Positions 31,278 to 41,921 of a stretch of 64,000 bases of DNA are shown piece after piece. Position numbers and translations under genes: made by a program. The DNA is from an uncultured Nitrososphaerota archaeon (lineage in GTDB: Archaea > Thermoproteota > Nitrososphaeria > Nitrososphaerales > CADDZS01). Where the stretch lies: positions 512,001 to 576,000 of the forward strand of contig CAWCYI010000004.1 of NCBI GenBank assembly GCA_963799845.1. The letters are read 5' to 3'. Every line of letters starts with the position of its first letter. Position 1 is the first letter of the stretch. The notes under the pieces were generated by a model that was given only the letters and a program-made list of their open reading frames with translations, was not told the DNA's origin and did no database searches.

Positions 31278-32420
31278 TTAAACATCAAAAGCATTCCACA
31301 GGTCATAAGATAGAACAAAGAGTGAGGTCGTCTCACCATTTACGTTTGAAATATTCTCGTTAACTTGAATCTGGCCATTCGAGCACTTGTAACCAGTCCA
31401 GACCCCTCCTGTCGAATTTTGGAGTAAAGACATTGTGGAGGATATTTTATTTGCAACAGGTTCGAATCCTTGGGCGAATTTCTGAGTGTTTGACGTATTC
31501 AACAGTTGATTCCACGCAATCAGATAATCCGCCAGCTTGTACGATGAATATACGCCTCCAGTCATCGCTTTGTCAACGAAACCGCATCCATTCCACATTA
31601 CGGTAAGCTTCGTAAAGTCAGTTTCTGCCAGAGAATAGTTTTGATGATGAATGTCGAGGAGAACGCGATAGGCTAGCGCATCAGAATATTGCGAGTAATT
31701 GAAATTGGGATTAGCGGAGAAATTTGTGTATTTTATTGTGTAACTACCATTCGTTCCATACGTGATGTCACTTCCGTTGGCTGGAGAGTTACCAAAGGGA
31801 CCGTAATTTCCCAGAATTTCAAAAACGGGGTTCCAGTATTGAAATAGCCCACCATATTGGGCCATTGTATTGTTGATCTTTTGGGCTAGATCTGTGGCAT
31901 CCGTGTTACTGGTGTCATGATAAATTTGGAGCAGTGAATAGTAATCCAGAGCCTGGTCATCGCTAAGATAAATTTCATGCGAGTTTGGAAATGTTGTTAC
32001 CAGTCCAAGCGATGTGGAAATGTTAGAATAAAATGTCAAGGCCTCAGATTCATTGAAAGAGAATCTCGGTATTGGAGTATTTCCAACCGTAACGGTGGCA
32101 TTTCCCGAACCGCAAGATGAAGAATTGGTAAAACTCGACGATGTTGCCGATTGAGAAATCGGGGAGCTGGTATTGCACGATGTACTTGAGGTTGTAGTCG
32201 AAGTCGATGAAGACGAAGAATGAGAATTCGAGGGTGTGCTTGCAGCCGTGCTGATTGGAGGCGAGCTGGTGGACGAAGAGGAAACACTAGTTGCGGTACT
32301 CGAAGTCGTAAGGGACGTTGAAGACTCGATCTGATCAGGGACCAAGTAAATCAGCGTCAACGAAGTCAGAAGCAAAGCCACGATAATTACCGCAAGTACT
32401 GCGATGCGTTCTTTTTTCAT
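31278..32420 (-). CDS. Membrane-anchored S/T-rich protein with helical (glycosidase-like) domain
   Basis: TM, long Ser/Thr linker, aromatic-rich domain ending NGETTSL. Confidence 0.8.
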   Translation of the reverse strand: MKKERIAVLAVIIVALLLTSLTLIYLVPDQIESSTSLTTSSTATSVSSSSTSSPPISTAASTPSNSHSSSSSTSTTTSSTSCNTSSPISQSATSSSFTNSSSCGSGNATVTVGNTPIPRFSFNESEALTFYSNISTSLGLVTTFPNSHEIYLSDDQALDYYSLLQIYHDTSNTDATDLAQKINNTMAQYGGLFQYWNPVFEILGNYGPFGNSPANGSDITYGTNGSYTIKYTNFSANPNFNYSQYSDALAYRVLLDIHHQNYSLAETDFTKLTVMWNGCGFVDKAMTGGVYSSYKLADYLIAWNQLLNTSNTQKFAQGFEPVANKISSTMSLLQNSTGGVWTGYKCSNGQIQVNENISNVNGETTSLFVLSYDLWNAFDV

Positions 32421-32877
32421 GAGATCTACTTACTGGATCGAACTCCAGTACACTAGCTGCTGTCTCAGACTAATTAAATCAAGACGCAATCCACAATTTG
32501 CATGATATCTTCTGCTTGGGTGAAATAGAGGGCTTCGCCAAAGCACTGGAAAGAATGGGCAATCGAGTCCCAAGCTAATATGGTACGAAACGGTTACAAT
32601 TGATTGCAAAAAATACAGACCAATCATATAGGGCTAGTCGGTCTAGAATCTTCCGAGGAAAATGACTTCAAAGATTCTGGTGTCGGTGTTCGACGCGCAG
32701 ACCTCGAGGAGAAGATTTGAAACCATCCAAGACTACGAGCCGTGTTTGAATTGCGCTTGTCATCCCTCTTATCCGAAAACACCCGTGGTTACGTTGCACG
32801 TCCGAGGAAAATGTGCAATATGTGGGACTTAGTTTCTTGGGTTTCAAGAACTGTTCGAGTGATCAAGGTCATTTTGA

Positions 32878-33120
32878 TTGGAGGATGACGGAGAAATGAA
32901 TTTTATTATGAGTGTGCTTGTTCTGGCTGGGATTGTTGGAAGTTTCACACTAATAGTTGCGTATTACGTTTACTTCTTAATCCACATCTCTCTTGCCGAG
33001 AGTCTATTCATCGTCATATTTGTACCGAACATGCTCTGGTTCCTTATCGCGCCGATGGCGCTACATAATGCTCGGGCCACAGTTGCATCGTCCAGAGAAT
33101 ACCAATCTCGCCAGAATTGA
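32878..33120 (+). CDS. Small 2-TM membrane protein
   Basis: Two hydrophobic helices. Confidence 0.55.
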   Translation: MEDDGEMNFIMSVLVLAGIVGSFTLIVAYYVYFLIHISLAESLFIVIFVPNMLWFLIAPMALHNARATVASSREYQSRQN

Positions 33121-33203
33121 AGTGGAAATGGAAAATGAACCTCCTAGATTTTTGAGAATCGTTCGCTCGAAAATCAAGCGTTTTTAAGAAAGTTAAATTC
33201 AAT

Positions 33204-33584
33204 CTAGCTAAGAGCGACACTCAAACGTCAATTCCTTATGAAAAGGGCTTCAACGCCACTTTATTTGATTGCATAGGCAGAGCGCTTAGCTCGGTGTTTG
33301 GAAGACCCGCGGCATCAACGTTCTATTTTGCGATTGAGGAGCGAACTGGCCTACCAGAAGTCGATTTTCAAAAAAAGCCGCTGGTCGTACTGCAACACTT
33401 GAAGGAGATCCTGGGTGAAGCCGGGTTCCAGATTATTGAAAGATCAATAATCTGCGAAATCGTCAACACTTTTGGAATTGAGCAGGGTGAATCTCAAGGC
33501 ACTCTAACTGTGGTCGTTGAACTAGCGAGGAAGAACTATATTCAGAGTTCTTTGCAAGAAAAAGTCATAGGACCAAGCAGCTGA
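33204..33584 (+). CDS. DUF3227/NitrOD5-like protein
   Basis: FNATLFDCIGRALSSVFGRPAASTFYF...LKEILGEAGFQIIERSI; the domain extends upstream of GTG 33294 and the start is unclear. Confidence 0.65.
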   Translation, partial: LAKSDTQTSIPYEKGFNATLFDCIGRALSSVFGRPAASTFYFAIEERTGLPEVDFQKKPLVVLQHLKEILGEAGFQIIERSIICEIVNTFGIEQGESQGTLTVVVELARKNYIQSSLQEKVIGPSS

Positions 33585-33671
33585 CCGTGTCAAATGTTGC
33601 GGGCTACGTTTTAGGGCAAAAGATCCGGACATGTTCAGCCGTAATTTATCTCGAAGTTTCAGGAAATGTCT

Positions 33672-34505
33672 TTACAGCGATGCGATAATATCCCTTCTCA
33701 CTTTCTCTATCTTTTCACCTGGGCTTGCGTTTTGTCCGGACATTCCGAGAATGAAATAATTCATTCCGGCATCCACGTAACTGTCCACCTCTTTCTTCAG
33801 GGATGAAATGTCGTCCATGTAATTGATCAAAATCGAGAATACGAAACGACTCTGGTCTCTCCCGTGCTTTTGGAGACTCCCGACGATTGTTTTCTTCATC
33901 TCCGAGTAAGCTTCCGGCGGCGGAAAGAAATCGCCCGCCCATCTAGGTCCCACTGGAATCCAACCGTTACCCATTTTCCCAGTCAGTCTCAGCGTCCTCT
34001 GTCCGTGAGATCCGAACCAGATTTCAGGATGGGGCTTTTGTTTCGGCTTCGGATCAACTATCGCATCAATAGCATGCGTGAATTTTCCTTCGAATGTCAC
34101 CGGTTGATCCTCGGTCCAGAGTCTCGTGATCAAATCGACGCCTTCCTCCGTCGCCTTTATTCGATCTGAAGTCTCCAGCCATTTCGAGAAACCGTCAAAC
34201 TCCGGCTTGTTCCAGCCAATTCCAGCCCCCAGGATGGTTCTCCCGTTCGAAAGGTAATCCAGTGTTGCAACCATCTTGGCAAGTATACCGGGAGGTCGGA
34301 ACGGAATCGGAGTGACGCAAGTCCCCAACCTGATGTTATGAGTCCGTCCCGTCAAATACGGAAGAAAAGTCCACGCGTCAAGCGATCCTTTTGTAAAGTG
34401 GTCTGTAACCAGAAAACAATCAAAACCCAGCTCTTCCCCCTTGTCAGCTATCTCCAGCAAAACCTCCGGGCCGGAATCGCCATCGGCAGCAAGACCAAAT
34501 TTCAT
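33672..34505 (-). CDS. LLM-class (luciferase-like) flavin/F420-dependent oxidoreductase
   Basis: TDHF, RLGTCVT, LAKMVATLDYLSNGRTILGAGIGW, PKPKQKPHP. Confidence 0.93.
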   Translation of the reverse strand: MKFGLAADGDSGPEVLLEIADKGEELGFDCFLVTDHFTKGSLDAWTFLPYLTGRTHNIRLGTCVTPIPFRPPGILAKMVATLDYLSNGRTILGAGIGWNKPEFDGFSKWLETSDRIKATEEGVDLITRLWTEDQPVTFEGKFTHAIDAIVDPKPKQKPHPEIWFGSHGQRTLRLTGKMGNGWIPVGPRWAGDFFPPPEAYSEMKKTIVGSLQKHGRDQSRFVFSILINYMDDISSLKKEVDSYVDAGMNYFILGMSGQNASPGEKIEKVRRDIIASL

Positions 34506-34682
34506 TATGATTTCTTTCGACTCCTGGATAACTATTTATCAAAAATGGTTACGAAGTGGTTTGCTTCACAAGATCCCTTTCCAGGATAGATTGAGAACCG
34601 ACGGCTACGGAAGTTCGCAACGGAGAATGATAGGTCGAACGCAAAGCAATGCTTACAGACAGCGAACTACATCGTAACTTCC

Positions 34683-34931
34683 GTGCGGATCAAAGTTCGG
34701 GTTTCCCCCAATTCTACGGAGGCACGCGTAGTCAAAATCGGAGAAGTTGACTACGAGGTCAAGGTTGACGAAAAACCCGAAGGAGGTCGAGCAAACAAGA
34801 GGCTCGTGGAAATCCTGTCCAAACACTTTCGAGTACCCAAGAGCAAGATATTCATCGTTAGCGGGACAAAATCCAGAGACAAGATTGTCGAGATAATTTC
34901 CGACAGCGGCAGAAATCAGGAAAATCCCTAA
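34683..34931 (+). CDS. DUF167 (YggU-like) protein
   Basis: IKVRVSPNS...PEGGRANKRLVEILSKHF...GTKSRDK. Confidence 0.92.
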   Translation: MRIKVRVSPNSTEARVVKIGEVDYEVKVDEKPEGGRANKRLVEILSKHFRVPKSKIFIVSGTKSRDKIVEIISDSGRNQENP

Positions 34932-34945
34932 ACCGCCGCAGGTTT

Positions 34946-35689
34946 CTAGATCGGATCTGCGTCCTTCAGTGTCTCTTTCCACTCGCGAATTGCTTTGTCT
35001 CCGGCCCGCCCTAGTATCCTCTTCTTTATTTTCAGATCAGCCCATCGATCCATGTCGATGACTCTCTGAGTCTCGGAGTAAGAGTAGTAGACGCCTTTAC
35101 CGGAAGAAATCAGCCTCTCCCACTCGATAACGTTTTCCAGAACATCTTTCAACTGAAGCGTGTCGGTCCACATGCTCTTGAAAACAAGAGTACCCTGCTT
35201 GTTAATCACGAAAACTCCGTTCGCCCTCGACCCGTAAACCTGGTTTATCTGGCCCTCAATTGAGTCAACCAGAATCGGGATGCGAAAATCCTCCGCGTTT
35301 TTCAGATCTTTTGCCCTTCGCAACTTCTCTTCATAGGACTTGTGCTGGGTAATGTTCTCCCCGGGGTGTGCCTCCCTTGTGTACACGATGAAAAATTCGA
35401 ATCCCTTACCGGAATATTCCAGGGCAAGTTTTTCCAAGGAAACAGCGGTGTACTTTACAGCGTTCACGAACGGCGGACAGGTTGAGCAGCCAAACTCCAA
35501 GACGACATTTGACTTGCCTTTCAAATCGGAGAGCCTTACTCTGTAACCATCACTCGTCAGCGCCTCGAAATCAGGGGCAGGATTTCCGACCTTCGGGTTG
35601 TTGATGAAGCCGGAGAGTAGTTCCGGACGAAACGAGGAATCATACCATTGTGTGAATGATTCATAATTGTACGCGTCTTGGGAGATCAT
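34946..35689 (-). CDS. Deiodinase-like thioredoxin-fold protein
   Basis: GNPAPDF, FGCSTCPPF, VYTREAHPG. Confidence 0.85.
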   Translation of the reverse strand: MISQDAYNYESFTQWYDSSFRPELLSGFINNPKVGNPAPDFEALTSDGYRVRLSDLKGKSNVVLEFGCSTCPPFVNAVKYTAVSLEKLALEYSGKGFEFFIVYTREAHPGENITQHKSYEEKLRRAKDLKNAEDFRIPILVDSIEGQINQVYGSRANGVFVINKQGTLVFKSMWTDTLQLKDVLENVIEWERLISSGKGVYYSYSETQRVIDMDRWADLKIKKRILGRAGDKAIREWKETLKDADPI

Positions 35690-35830
35690 AACGATAGCCG
35701 AAGTTCCCCCGCAATTAAACAATTTCCAGAAGAGGGACTGTCGCGAAAGAAAATCATCCCGGTTCACACTCTTTCACTATATAGTCTAGGGACTTTCCGC
35801 ATATATCCATCGAGAGGATACGATTTTGCC

Positions 35831-36373
35831 ATGAGGACCGTGCTCGGAGTCTCACTTCTCGTAATCGGATTGGTCATCGGCGTCGCAGCAGGCTTTGTTT
35901 TGTCAACAGGAAACATCGTTCCTTCAACTTCGGTAATCACTTCGACAACTCTATCGACGGTGTTGAGTCTCATGACTTTCACTCAAACCACAACGGTTCG
36001 GAGTGCAGTCTCATCGCAAAGCCCAATAGCAATCCATAGCTCCACGTCAAGTGTAAGTACTTCTTCAATTGTGCAAACGACTAACGCCTCTTCAGTAGCG
36101 TCTTTTTCGCAGAACGTAACGATTTCAGGTCCGGTTTCGACCGAATACGGTACTGTCCCTTACGAAGTGGTTTTCTATTCGGCCTCGGGTGTCGGATACA
36201 GTTTTCCAGTCAACGGTGGTCAAGCTTTTACAGGGAGTATTCCTAATGACGAAACCTACACAGTTACCATCTATTTGTACACTAACCAAGGAGGGACTTC
36301 TTCATGTAATCTTGCGCAACCACTTACTATTGAATCCACCGTGCCGATTTATTCGGTAAGTCTATCCTGCTGA
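35831..36373 (+). CDS. Membrane-anchored S/T-rich protein
   Basis: ATG 35831, TM, S/T linker, small beta domain. Confidence 0.75.
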   Translation: MRTVLGVSLLVIGLVIGVAAGFVLSTGNIVPSTSVITSTTLSTVLSLMTFTQTTTVRSAVSSQSPIAIHSSTSSVSTSSIVQTTNASSVASFSQNVTISGPVSTEYGTVPYEVVFYSASGVGYSFPVNGGQAFTGSIPNDETYTVTIYLYTNQGGTSSCNLAQPLTIESTVPIYSVSLSC

Positions 36374-36440
36374 TAATTCTCTGTGAAAAATCAAGCTCAA
36401 TGTTCTCTTAAAGAGCTCTTCAAAACTAGCCCTTTGTAGG

Positions 36441-37355
36441 ATGCTCGTAGGACCTCTCCTTGGACTTGCGACAGCGGTCATTTGGGGAATGGGAGACTTT
36501 CTGTCCCGCAAACCTTCGGAACAGATCGGTTCGTTTCTCTCTTCGATCCTAATCCAGCCGATAGGACTCGTGATGATGCTTTGCATACTGCTTCTGTCCC
36601 CCACACAAAATTATGATGCCATAATTCTATCGCACCCATTTTACTTTGATGTCAACCTTGCCCTGGGAGGAGTAGTTTTTCTTGGGATTGTTTTCCTATT
36701 TCGAGGATATTCTTTGGGTGTGATGTCTGTTGTGGCGCCGATCGCGGGAGCATACCCAATAGTAACTGTATCGCTCTCAGTTTTGCTCCTTGGAACCGTT
36801 CTGACTCCGATTCGCACTTTTGCTATCGTCGCCACCATCATTGGCATTCTGTTGACCGGAGCAAAAGTTTCTACGTTTAGATCGGTATTCAGAAAAAGTG
36901 CGAGAAACGAAGGCGTCATTGTAGAAAGGAAAAAAATCATAGAAGGAGCGGATTACGGCCTGGCCGCTATGCTCTTTGCTGGGTTCGGACTGTTTGGTCT
37001 GGGCGTGGTTGCGCCTGTTATTGGTTCAATTTTCAGCGTAGTGATCCTAAAGACGGTTGAAACCATCGTGGCTTTTTTTATGTTTCTTGTCCTCTCAAAG
37101 AAGGTGAAGCCCAGCCGCCGAACTTGGGCCTACCTCATCGTAATCGGGGCGTGTGACGCTGGCGGATTTGCTACGTACAACTTTGGCGTGCTCGCCGCTG
37201 GAAGCAGTTTACCCATAGTGGTGACATTATCGAGCTTGCTTGGCGCTGTGACTGTCATTCTGGCGAGGGTTTTCTACAAGGAGAGACTCGAAAAAATCCA
37301 GACGATCGGTATCGTGATTATCTTCGCGGCCGTCGCAATTATTCTTTATTTCTAG
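36441..37355 (+). CDS. DMT/EamA family transporter
   Basis: Ten TM; WGMGDF, SVVAPIAGAYP, FYKERL. Confidence 0.92.
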   Translation: MLVGPLLGLATAVIWGMGDFLSRKPSEQIGSFLSSILIQPIGLVMMLCILLLSPTQNYDAIILSHPFYFDVNLALGGVVFLGIVFLFRGYSLGVMSVVAPIAGAYPIVTVSLSVLLLGTVLTPIRTFAIVATIIGILLTGAKVSTFRSVFRKSARNEGVIVERKKIIEGADYGLAAMLFAGFGLFGLGVVAPVIGSIFSVVILKTVETIVAFFMFLVLSKKVKPSRRTWAYLIVIGACDAGGFATYNFGVLAAGSSLPIVVTLSSLLGAVTVILARVFYKERLEKIQTIGIVIIFAAVAIILYF

Positions 37356-37468
37356 TCTCAACCCGGCATCCACTCATTAAGTTCGATCAGCATAACATTA
37401 AGCCTTGAAAATCGGTCTGAAGAACGCATGCTTATATCGGTGTTAGATATAATTCGCAAGCGGAGGAT

Positions 37469-37840
37469 CTTACCATTCCGCATGAAAACGACGAATGCGA
37501 AGCGAAAGAAGGTTCACGGTTTTCAGACTTTCAGGATTTTTTCAAAGAATCCTTTTTTGATGGAATTGCCAAAATTACCGGTCAAAGCTCCGCTGAAGCA
37601 ATCCTGTATCACATAAAGTTTGATGAAAATTCGAGAAACTTCCTGGCTGTCCATTCTGGAATCGAATCGATGCTTGGAAAATCAGGAGCGATGATTGTCG
37701 AAAAATCGATAATCAACGAAATGTTCACGCGCCTCAAAGAGAAGCCCCCGCAGATCTTGAATATGTCGAATGAAACCTTTGATTTTGCAAAATCTGCAAA
37801 GTACATCCGCACGATTTACAACGAACGGGCTAATCGATAG
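37469..37840 (+). CDS. DUF3227/NitrOD5-like protein missed by the ORF track
   Basis: Open frame DFQDFFKESFFDGIAKITGQSSAEAILYHI...IESMLGKSGAMIVEKSIINEMF...FDFAKS; follows GGAGG but has no canonical start. Confidence 0.65.
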   Translation, partial: LTIPHENDECEAKEGSRFSDFQDFFKESFFDGIAKITGQSSAEAILYHIKFDENSRNFLAVHSGIESMLGKSGAMIVEKSIINEMFTRLKEKPPQILNMSNETFDFAKSAKYIRTIYNERANR

Positions 37841-37971
37841 TAAGCTTTTGACTTTACGATAAGAATGTACGTTCCTTTTATGATCTCGTATCGTAAAATT
37901 AGCGCTAAGATATTTCACTTTCCAGAGAAAAAAGATCAACACAGCTCGCCTTTTTCCTTACAATAATTGGT

Positions 37972-38899
37972 TTGAATATAGATCCAGTATTGATGCTAGA
38001 ACCACCAACCCCTGCAGGAGAACCGTTTGCGGCGCATGAGGCAGAGGAGAACAAAACAACAGCGGGCTTTGAACAGGTCTGCTTAACCCTAGTCGAACGC
38101 GGGTGGAAAATAATGCCCAAGAAGGGAAATTATCCAATCAACAAACAGGGCCCTCGCTATGTAAACCTGGTAGATCCACGCGGAAACAGAAAATCGGTTC
38201 GAGTTACTGACGAAAATCTCTGGGAGAAACTGAGAGTCGTCGAATCGAAGAGATTGCACAAGAGGGAGAACAAGAAAACATCGAAGACGACTGAAAACGC
38301 GCCTTCTAGAGGTGAATCAGGCAGTACCAAGGTAGAAGAAGCGAATCAGGCTCAAGTGGCGTCGATAGCAGATGTTGAACATTCGCCCACAGTCTCGATC
38401 GTGTCCAATCAGCCATCGCTTGAGCAGACCAATGTCAGCTAACTCACCGACCGAAATTGAATTGACAACAACCGCGGAAGATCCGGCAATCCTTTCTCCA
38501 GCCGAGAATACTCTCGAGAGCACCGATATCGTGCCTCGGCCTCAGGAAAGTCATGAGACAAAGGCCGAAATTGTCGGGAATCCTCCAAAAGAATTCCAGA
38601 ATCTTGCCCTCACCAGTCCCGAGCTCCAGAAATCAATCTTTGATCTGGGATTTGAAACTCTCCTGACTGCGCTGCAATCTGAGTCAATTACCCCGGCCGA
38701 AATTGTCCAGAAAATCCAGGATTGGAGCATGGAATCAAAGAATCTGATAGAGTACGTCCACAAATGGCAAGAATCTAAGCAGAAGCCAATGCTTCCTGAC
38801 ACCTCGGAAAAAGATGATCTGATCGCTGAACTGCAATCGACATTGAAGGAGACCGAAGGAAAGCTATCTGAGATGCTAAAATCTCTCCGCGAGATTTAA
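37972..38899 (+). CDS. Hypothetical protein, probably one gene frameshifted near 38430
   Basis: Overlapping ORFs 37972..38442 and 38372..38899 join in a low-complexity linker. Confidence 0.55.
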
Positions 38900-39193
38900 C
38901 CCCGAAAGCCCCAGAAACTCACTGGGGCAACAGTTTTGTTTCCACCCGTTCGGTTTTCAGGATAACGTCGCTTTCAAGTCTTATCAGCTTGCTATCTACC
39001 AGTCTTTCAGCTTCCTCTTTATTCCTGGCTGAAACTGCAATTTTTACACTTACTTCAAAGGTCGGCAACGGTCACTGTCACAATACAACTCTCCGAGTCG
39101 GTATTCAGTATTAAGGTTTGAACCCCTTTCCAATTGGCGGCAATCGAGAAAATTGCGTTAATCCTTTTTAGATTCTTCATCACACAGAAGGGC

Positions 39194-39505
39194 ATGACAG
39201 ACGAAGAGTATCGTAGATATTCAGCTACCGAAATAACAAACGAGATGAAGAATCTCAAGACCTGGAAGGTCGTAAAGGGTAAACTTCACAGGGAACTTGA
39301 GTTTCGAACTTTCGACGACGCCGTGGCATTCATGATGCGCTCGTCACTAGAAATTACAAAGCTTGACCATCACCCCGATTGGTATAATGTCTACAACCGG
39401 GTGAAGATCGATTTGGTCACGCATGACCTTGACGGCATTAGTGGTTACGATTTCATCCTCGCAAAGAAACTGGATGAGATTGCGAAGATCTTCAAGGCCA
39501 AGTAA
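39194..39505 (+). CDS. Pterin-4a-carbinolamine dehydratase
   Basis: FRTFDDAVAFM...LDHHPDWYNVYNRVKIDLVTHD...DFILA. Confidence 0.93.
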   Translation: MTDEEYRRYSATEITNEMKNLKTWKVVKGKLHRELEFRTFDDAVAFMMRSSLEITKLDHHPDWYNVYNRVKIDLVTHDLDGISGYDFILAKKLDEIAKIFKAK

Positions 39506-39538
39506 GAAAGCTACTAACACTTTCCCATTTTGGCCTAA

Positions 39539-39561
39539 ATTAGTTTTATCATAAAACTAAT
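39539..39561. promoter_or_regulatory. Perfect palindrome, probable MarR operator
   Basis: attagttttat-c-ataaaactaat upstream of the MarR-ABC operon. Confidence 0.75.
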
Positions 39562-39654
39562 GCACCAGCCAATCAGTTTATTAGACAGCTTTCTCCATTA
39601 TTGATATAGAGAAGCATCGGCTTTCGATCTTTTCCCTTTCGAAGACCTGATAAT

Positions 39655-40101
39655 TTGAGTAATAATTTAGAGCAAGAGAAGGAAGAATCCGTTTCCGAAA
39701 AGATAGCGGATTACATCTGGGAAATCTGGCGTGCCTCCAAGACGGCATCGCATCCAGTGCGAGTCGGCGAAGTTACGCCGGAACAATACTGGATACTTCG
39801 TTTCTTGTATACCGCGGGTTCCCAGCGTGTGAAGGATATTGCGTCCTACATTGGAACGACTCCTAGTCCCGTTACGATTTCTGTAAAGAGACTCGAACGC
39901 CAGAATCTTGTCAAGCGGGAAAGGAATACCAAAGATGAGCGGGTGGTCATCGTCAATCTCACAAAGCAGGGGAAAGAGCGGTTTGAGACCTGGAGATTGC
40001 GAAGAAGAAAAGCGATTTCAGGGGTTTTTGATTCGTTGAACTCTACCGAGAAGAAAGTTTTGCTGGGATTATTGCAAAAAATAGCGCTATCTAACAATTA
40101 G
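39655..40101 (+). CDS. MarR family regulator
   Basis: VTPEQYWIL...VKRLERQNLVKRERNTKDERVVIVNLTKQG. Confidence 0.93.
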   Translation: MSNNLEQEKEESVSEKIADYIWEIWRASKTASHPVRVGEVTPEQYWILRFLYTAGSQRVKDIASYIGTTPSPVTISVKRLERQNLVKRERNTKDERVVIVNLTKQGKERFETWRLRRRKAISGVFDSLNSTEKKVLLGLLQKIALSNN

Positions 40102-40112
40102 GAGACAAGAAA

Positions 40113-41111
40113 ATGTACGCCGTTGAAGCAAATAAACTGACGAAGACTTTTGGCAAGGGCTTCGTTGCTGTGAACGCTATTGATCTTAACGTCGAGGAAG
40201 GCGAGATTTTCGGTTTGCTCGGCCCAAACGGAGCCGGTAAGACGACGACCATCAGGATAATAATTACTCTGACCAAACCAACTTCAGGATCAATTTCGGT
40301 GCTGGGAGTCGATGCGGTAAGAAAGCCCTCTCAGATCCGCCAGATGATCGGATACGTCCCTCAGGCAGTTTCTGTAGACGGAGACCTGACGGCTTATGAA
40401 AATCTCCTGATATACTCGAAACTCTTTCACGTCGACCGCAACATCCGAAAGAAAAGAATCGTGGAAGCTCTCGAATACATGGATTTGAGCGATAGGACAA
40501 ACGACATGGTGAAACACTTTTCCGGAGGGATGATGCGAAGGCTTGAGATCGCGCAGTCCCTTGTCAACCGTCCCAAGGTGTTATTTTTAGATGAGCCAAG
40601 CATAGGACTTGATCCGACATCGAAAAGGCAGGGGTGGAAGTACGTGAAAAATTTGAACCGAGAGTTCGGTGTTACGATATTCATCACCACGCATGACATG
40701 CTAGAAGCTGACGAACTCTGCGACAGGATCGCCATCATGAGCCGCGGAGACATTGCGATAATGGGTTCTCCGGCAGAATTGAAAAACTCAGTCGGTGGGG
40801 ACATGATAATCGTCAAGACCCCCATTCCGATCACCAACGTTCTGCTTCCAAGGGAACTGGGTTCAATTGTCAGCACGGATCTCAATGAAATCAAGATTCA
40901 AACAATCGGCGCGGCAGAATTGGCTCTACCGCGAGTAATGGAATTTTTCACCAGGACGGGTACAACTATCGAGTCGATTTCGATTAGCAAGTCAAACTTG
41001 GAGGATGTGTTTACAAAGTACACAAAGGCGGCCCTGAACGAGGATCAGGACGCGGGACTTTACAAGGAAGCGAAGGTTGCCCGCCGAAGTTTTCAGAGAC
41101 ATTCCGGTTAA
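40113..41111 (+). CDS. ABC exporter ATP-binding protein (DrrA-like)
   Basis: GPNGAGKTT, FSGGM, LFLDEP, TTH. Confidence 0.95.
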   Translation: MYAVEANKLTKTFGKGFVAVNAIDLNVEEGEIFGLLGPNGAGKTTTIRIIITLTKPTSGSISVLGVDAVRKPSQIRQMIGYVPQAVSVDGDLTAYENLLIYSKLFHVDRNIRKKRIVEALEYMDLSDRTNDMVKHFSGGMMRRLEIAQSLVNRPKVLFLDEPSIGLDPTSKRQGWKYVKNLNREFGVTIFITTHDMLEADELCDRIAIMSRGDIAIMGSPAELKNSVGGDMIIVKTPIPITNVLLPRELGSIVSTDLNEIKIQTIGAAELALPRVMEFFTRTGTTIESISISKSNLEDVFTKYTKAALNEDQDAGLYKEAKVARRSFQRHSG

Positions 41112-41114
41112 GCA

Positions 41115-41912
41115 GTGGAAATTATGTCATCAATCATTACTTCACTCAACAGGTCAGTCGAAAGCGCGCTTACAATAGCGGAGATGGAAGCAAGAAAAAT
41201 TCGGCATGACTCGACAGAACTCTGGGCAAGAGCAATACAGCCCGCTCTGTGGCTTTTGATCTTCGGAGAAGTGTTCAGCGGGATAAGAGCCGGACTGGCT
41301 CCCGCGGGATTCACGTATCTGCAGTACATCGCCCCGGGCATACTGGCTCAATCAGTCCTATTCATCGCGATATTCTACGGAATTACCGTTGTCTGGGAGC
41401 GAGATGTCGGTCTATTGACGAAGTTGATGTCCACACCTTCGCCGAGGACGTCGATAATTGTCGGTAAGGCTCTTGCATCTGGCGTGAGAGGAATTTTTCA
41501 GGCGATAGTGATATTCGCGCTGGCTCTGATTTTAGGCGTGACTATCAATCTTGCCCCGTTGAACATCCTCGCTGTCCTATCAGTGACAGTATTGTTTGCC
41601 ATGTGCTTTTCGTGCCTGTCAATGTTCATCGCTTCTCTGCTGAGAACGAGGGAAAGGATGATGGGAATCGGTCAGGCGATAACCATACCACTGTTTTTCG
41701 CAAGCAGCGCGATCTACCCGCTATCCCTGATGCCTTCGTGGCTGAGAGCTATTGCCGTCATAAATCCTCTGACCTACGTCGTGGACGCCTTGCGTGCACT
41801 GCTCCTTCCAAATTATCAGGCAAATCTTCCGCTCGATGTATTCGCTCTTGTCACAGCGACTCTTCTATTCACCGCACTCGCGTCGATCTCTATCAAACGA
41901 CTGATAGATTGA
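41115..41912 (+). CDS. ABC-2 type permease (DrrB-like)
   Basis: Six TM; YIAPGIL, INPLTYVVDALR. Confidence 0.93.
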   Translation: MEIMSSIITSLNRSVESALTIAEMEARKIRHDSTELWARAIQPALWLLIFGEVFSGIRAGLAPAGFTYLQYIAPGILAQSVLFIAIFYGITVVWERDVGLLTKLMSTPSPRTSIIVGKALASGVRGIFQAIVIFALALILGVTINLAPLNILAVLSVTVLFAMCFSCLSMFIASLLRTRERMMGIGQAITIPLFFASSAIYPLSLMPSWLRAIAVINPLTYVVDALRALLLPNYQANLPLDVFALVTATLLFTALASISIKRLID

Positions 41913-41921
41913 ATATTCCAT

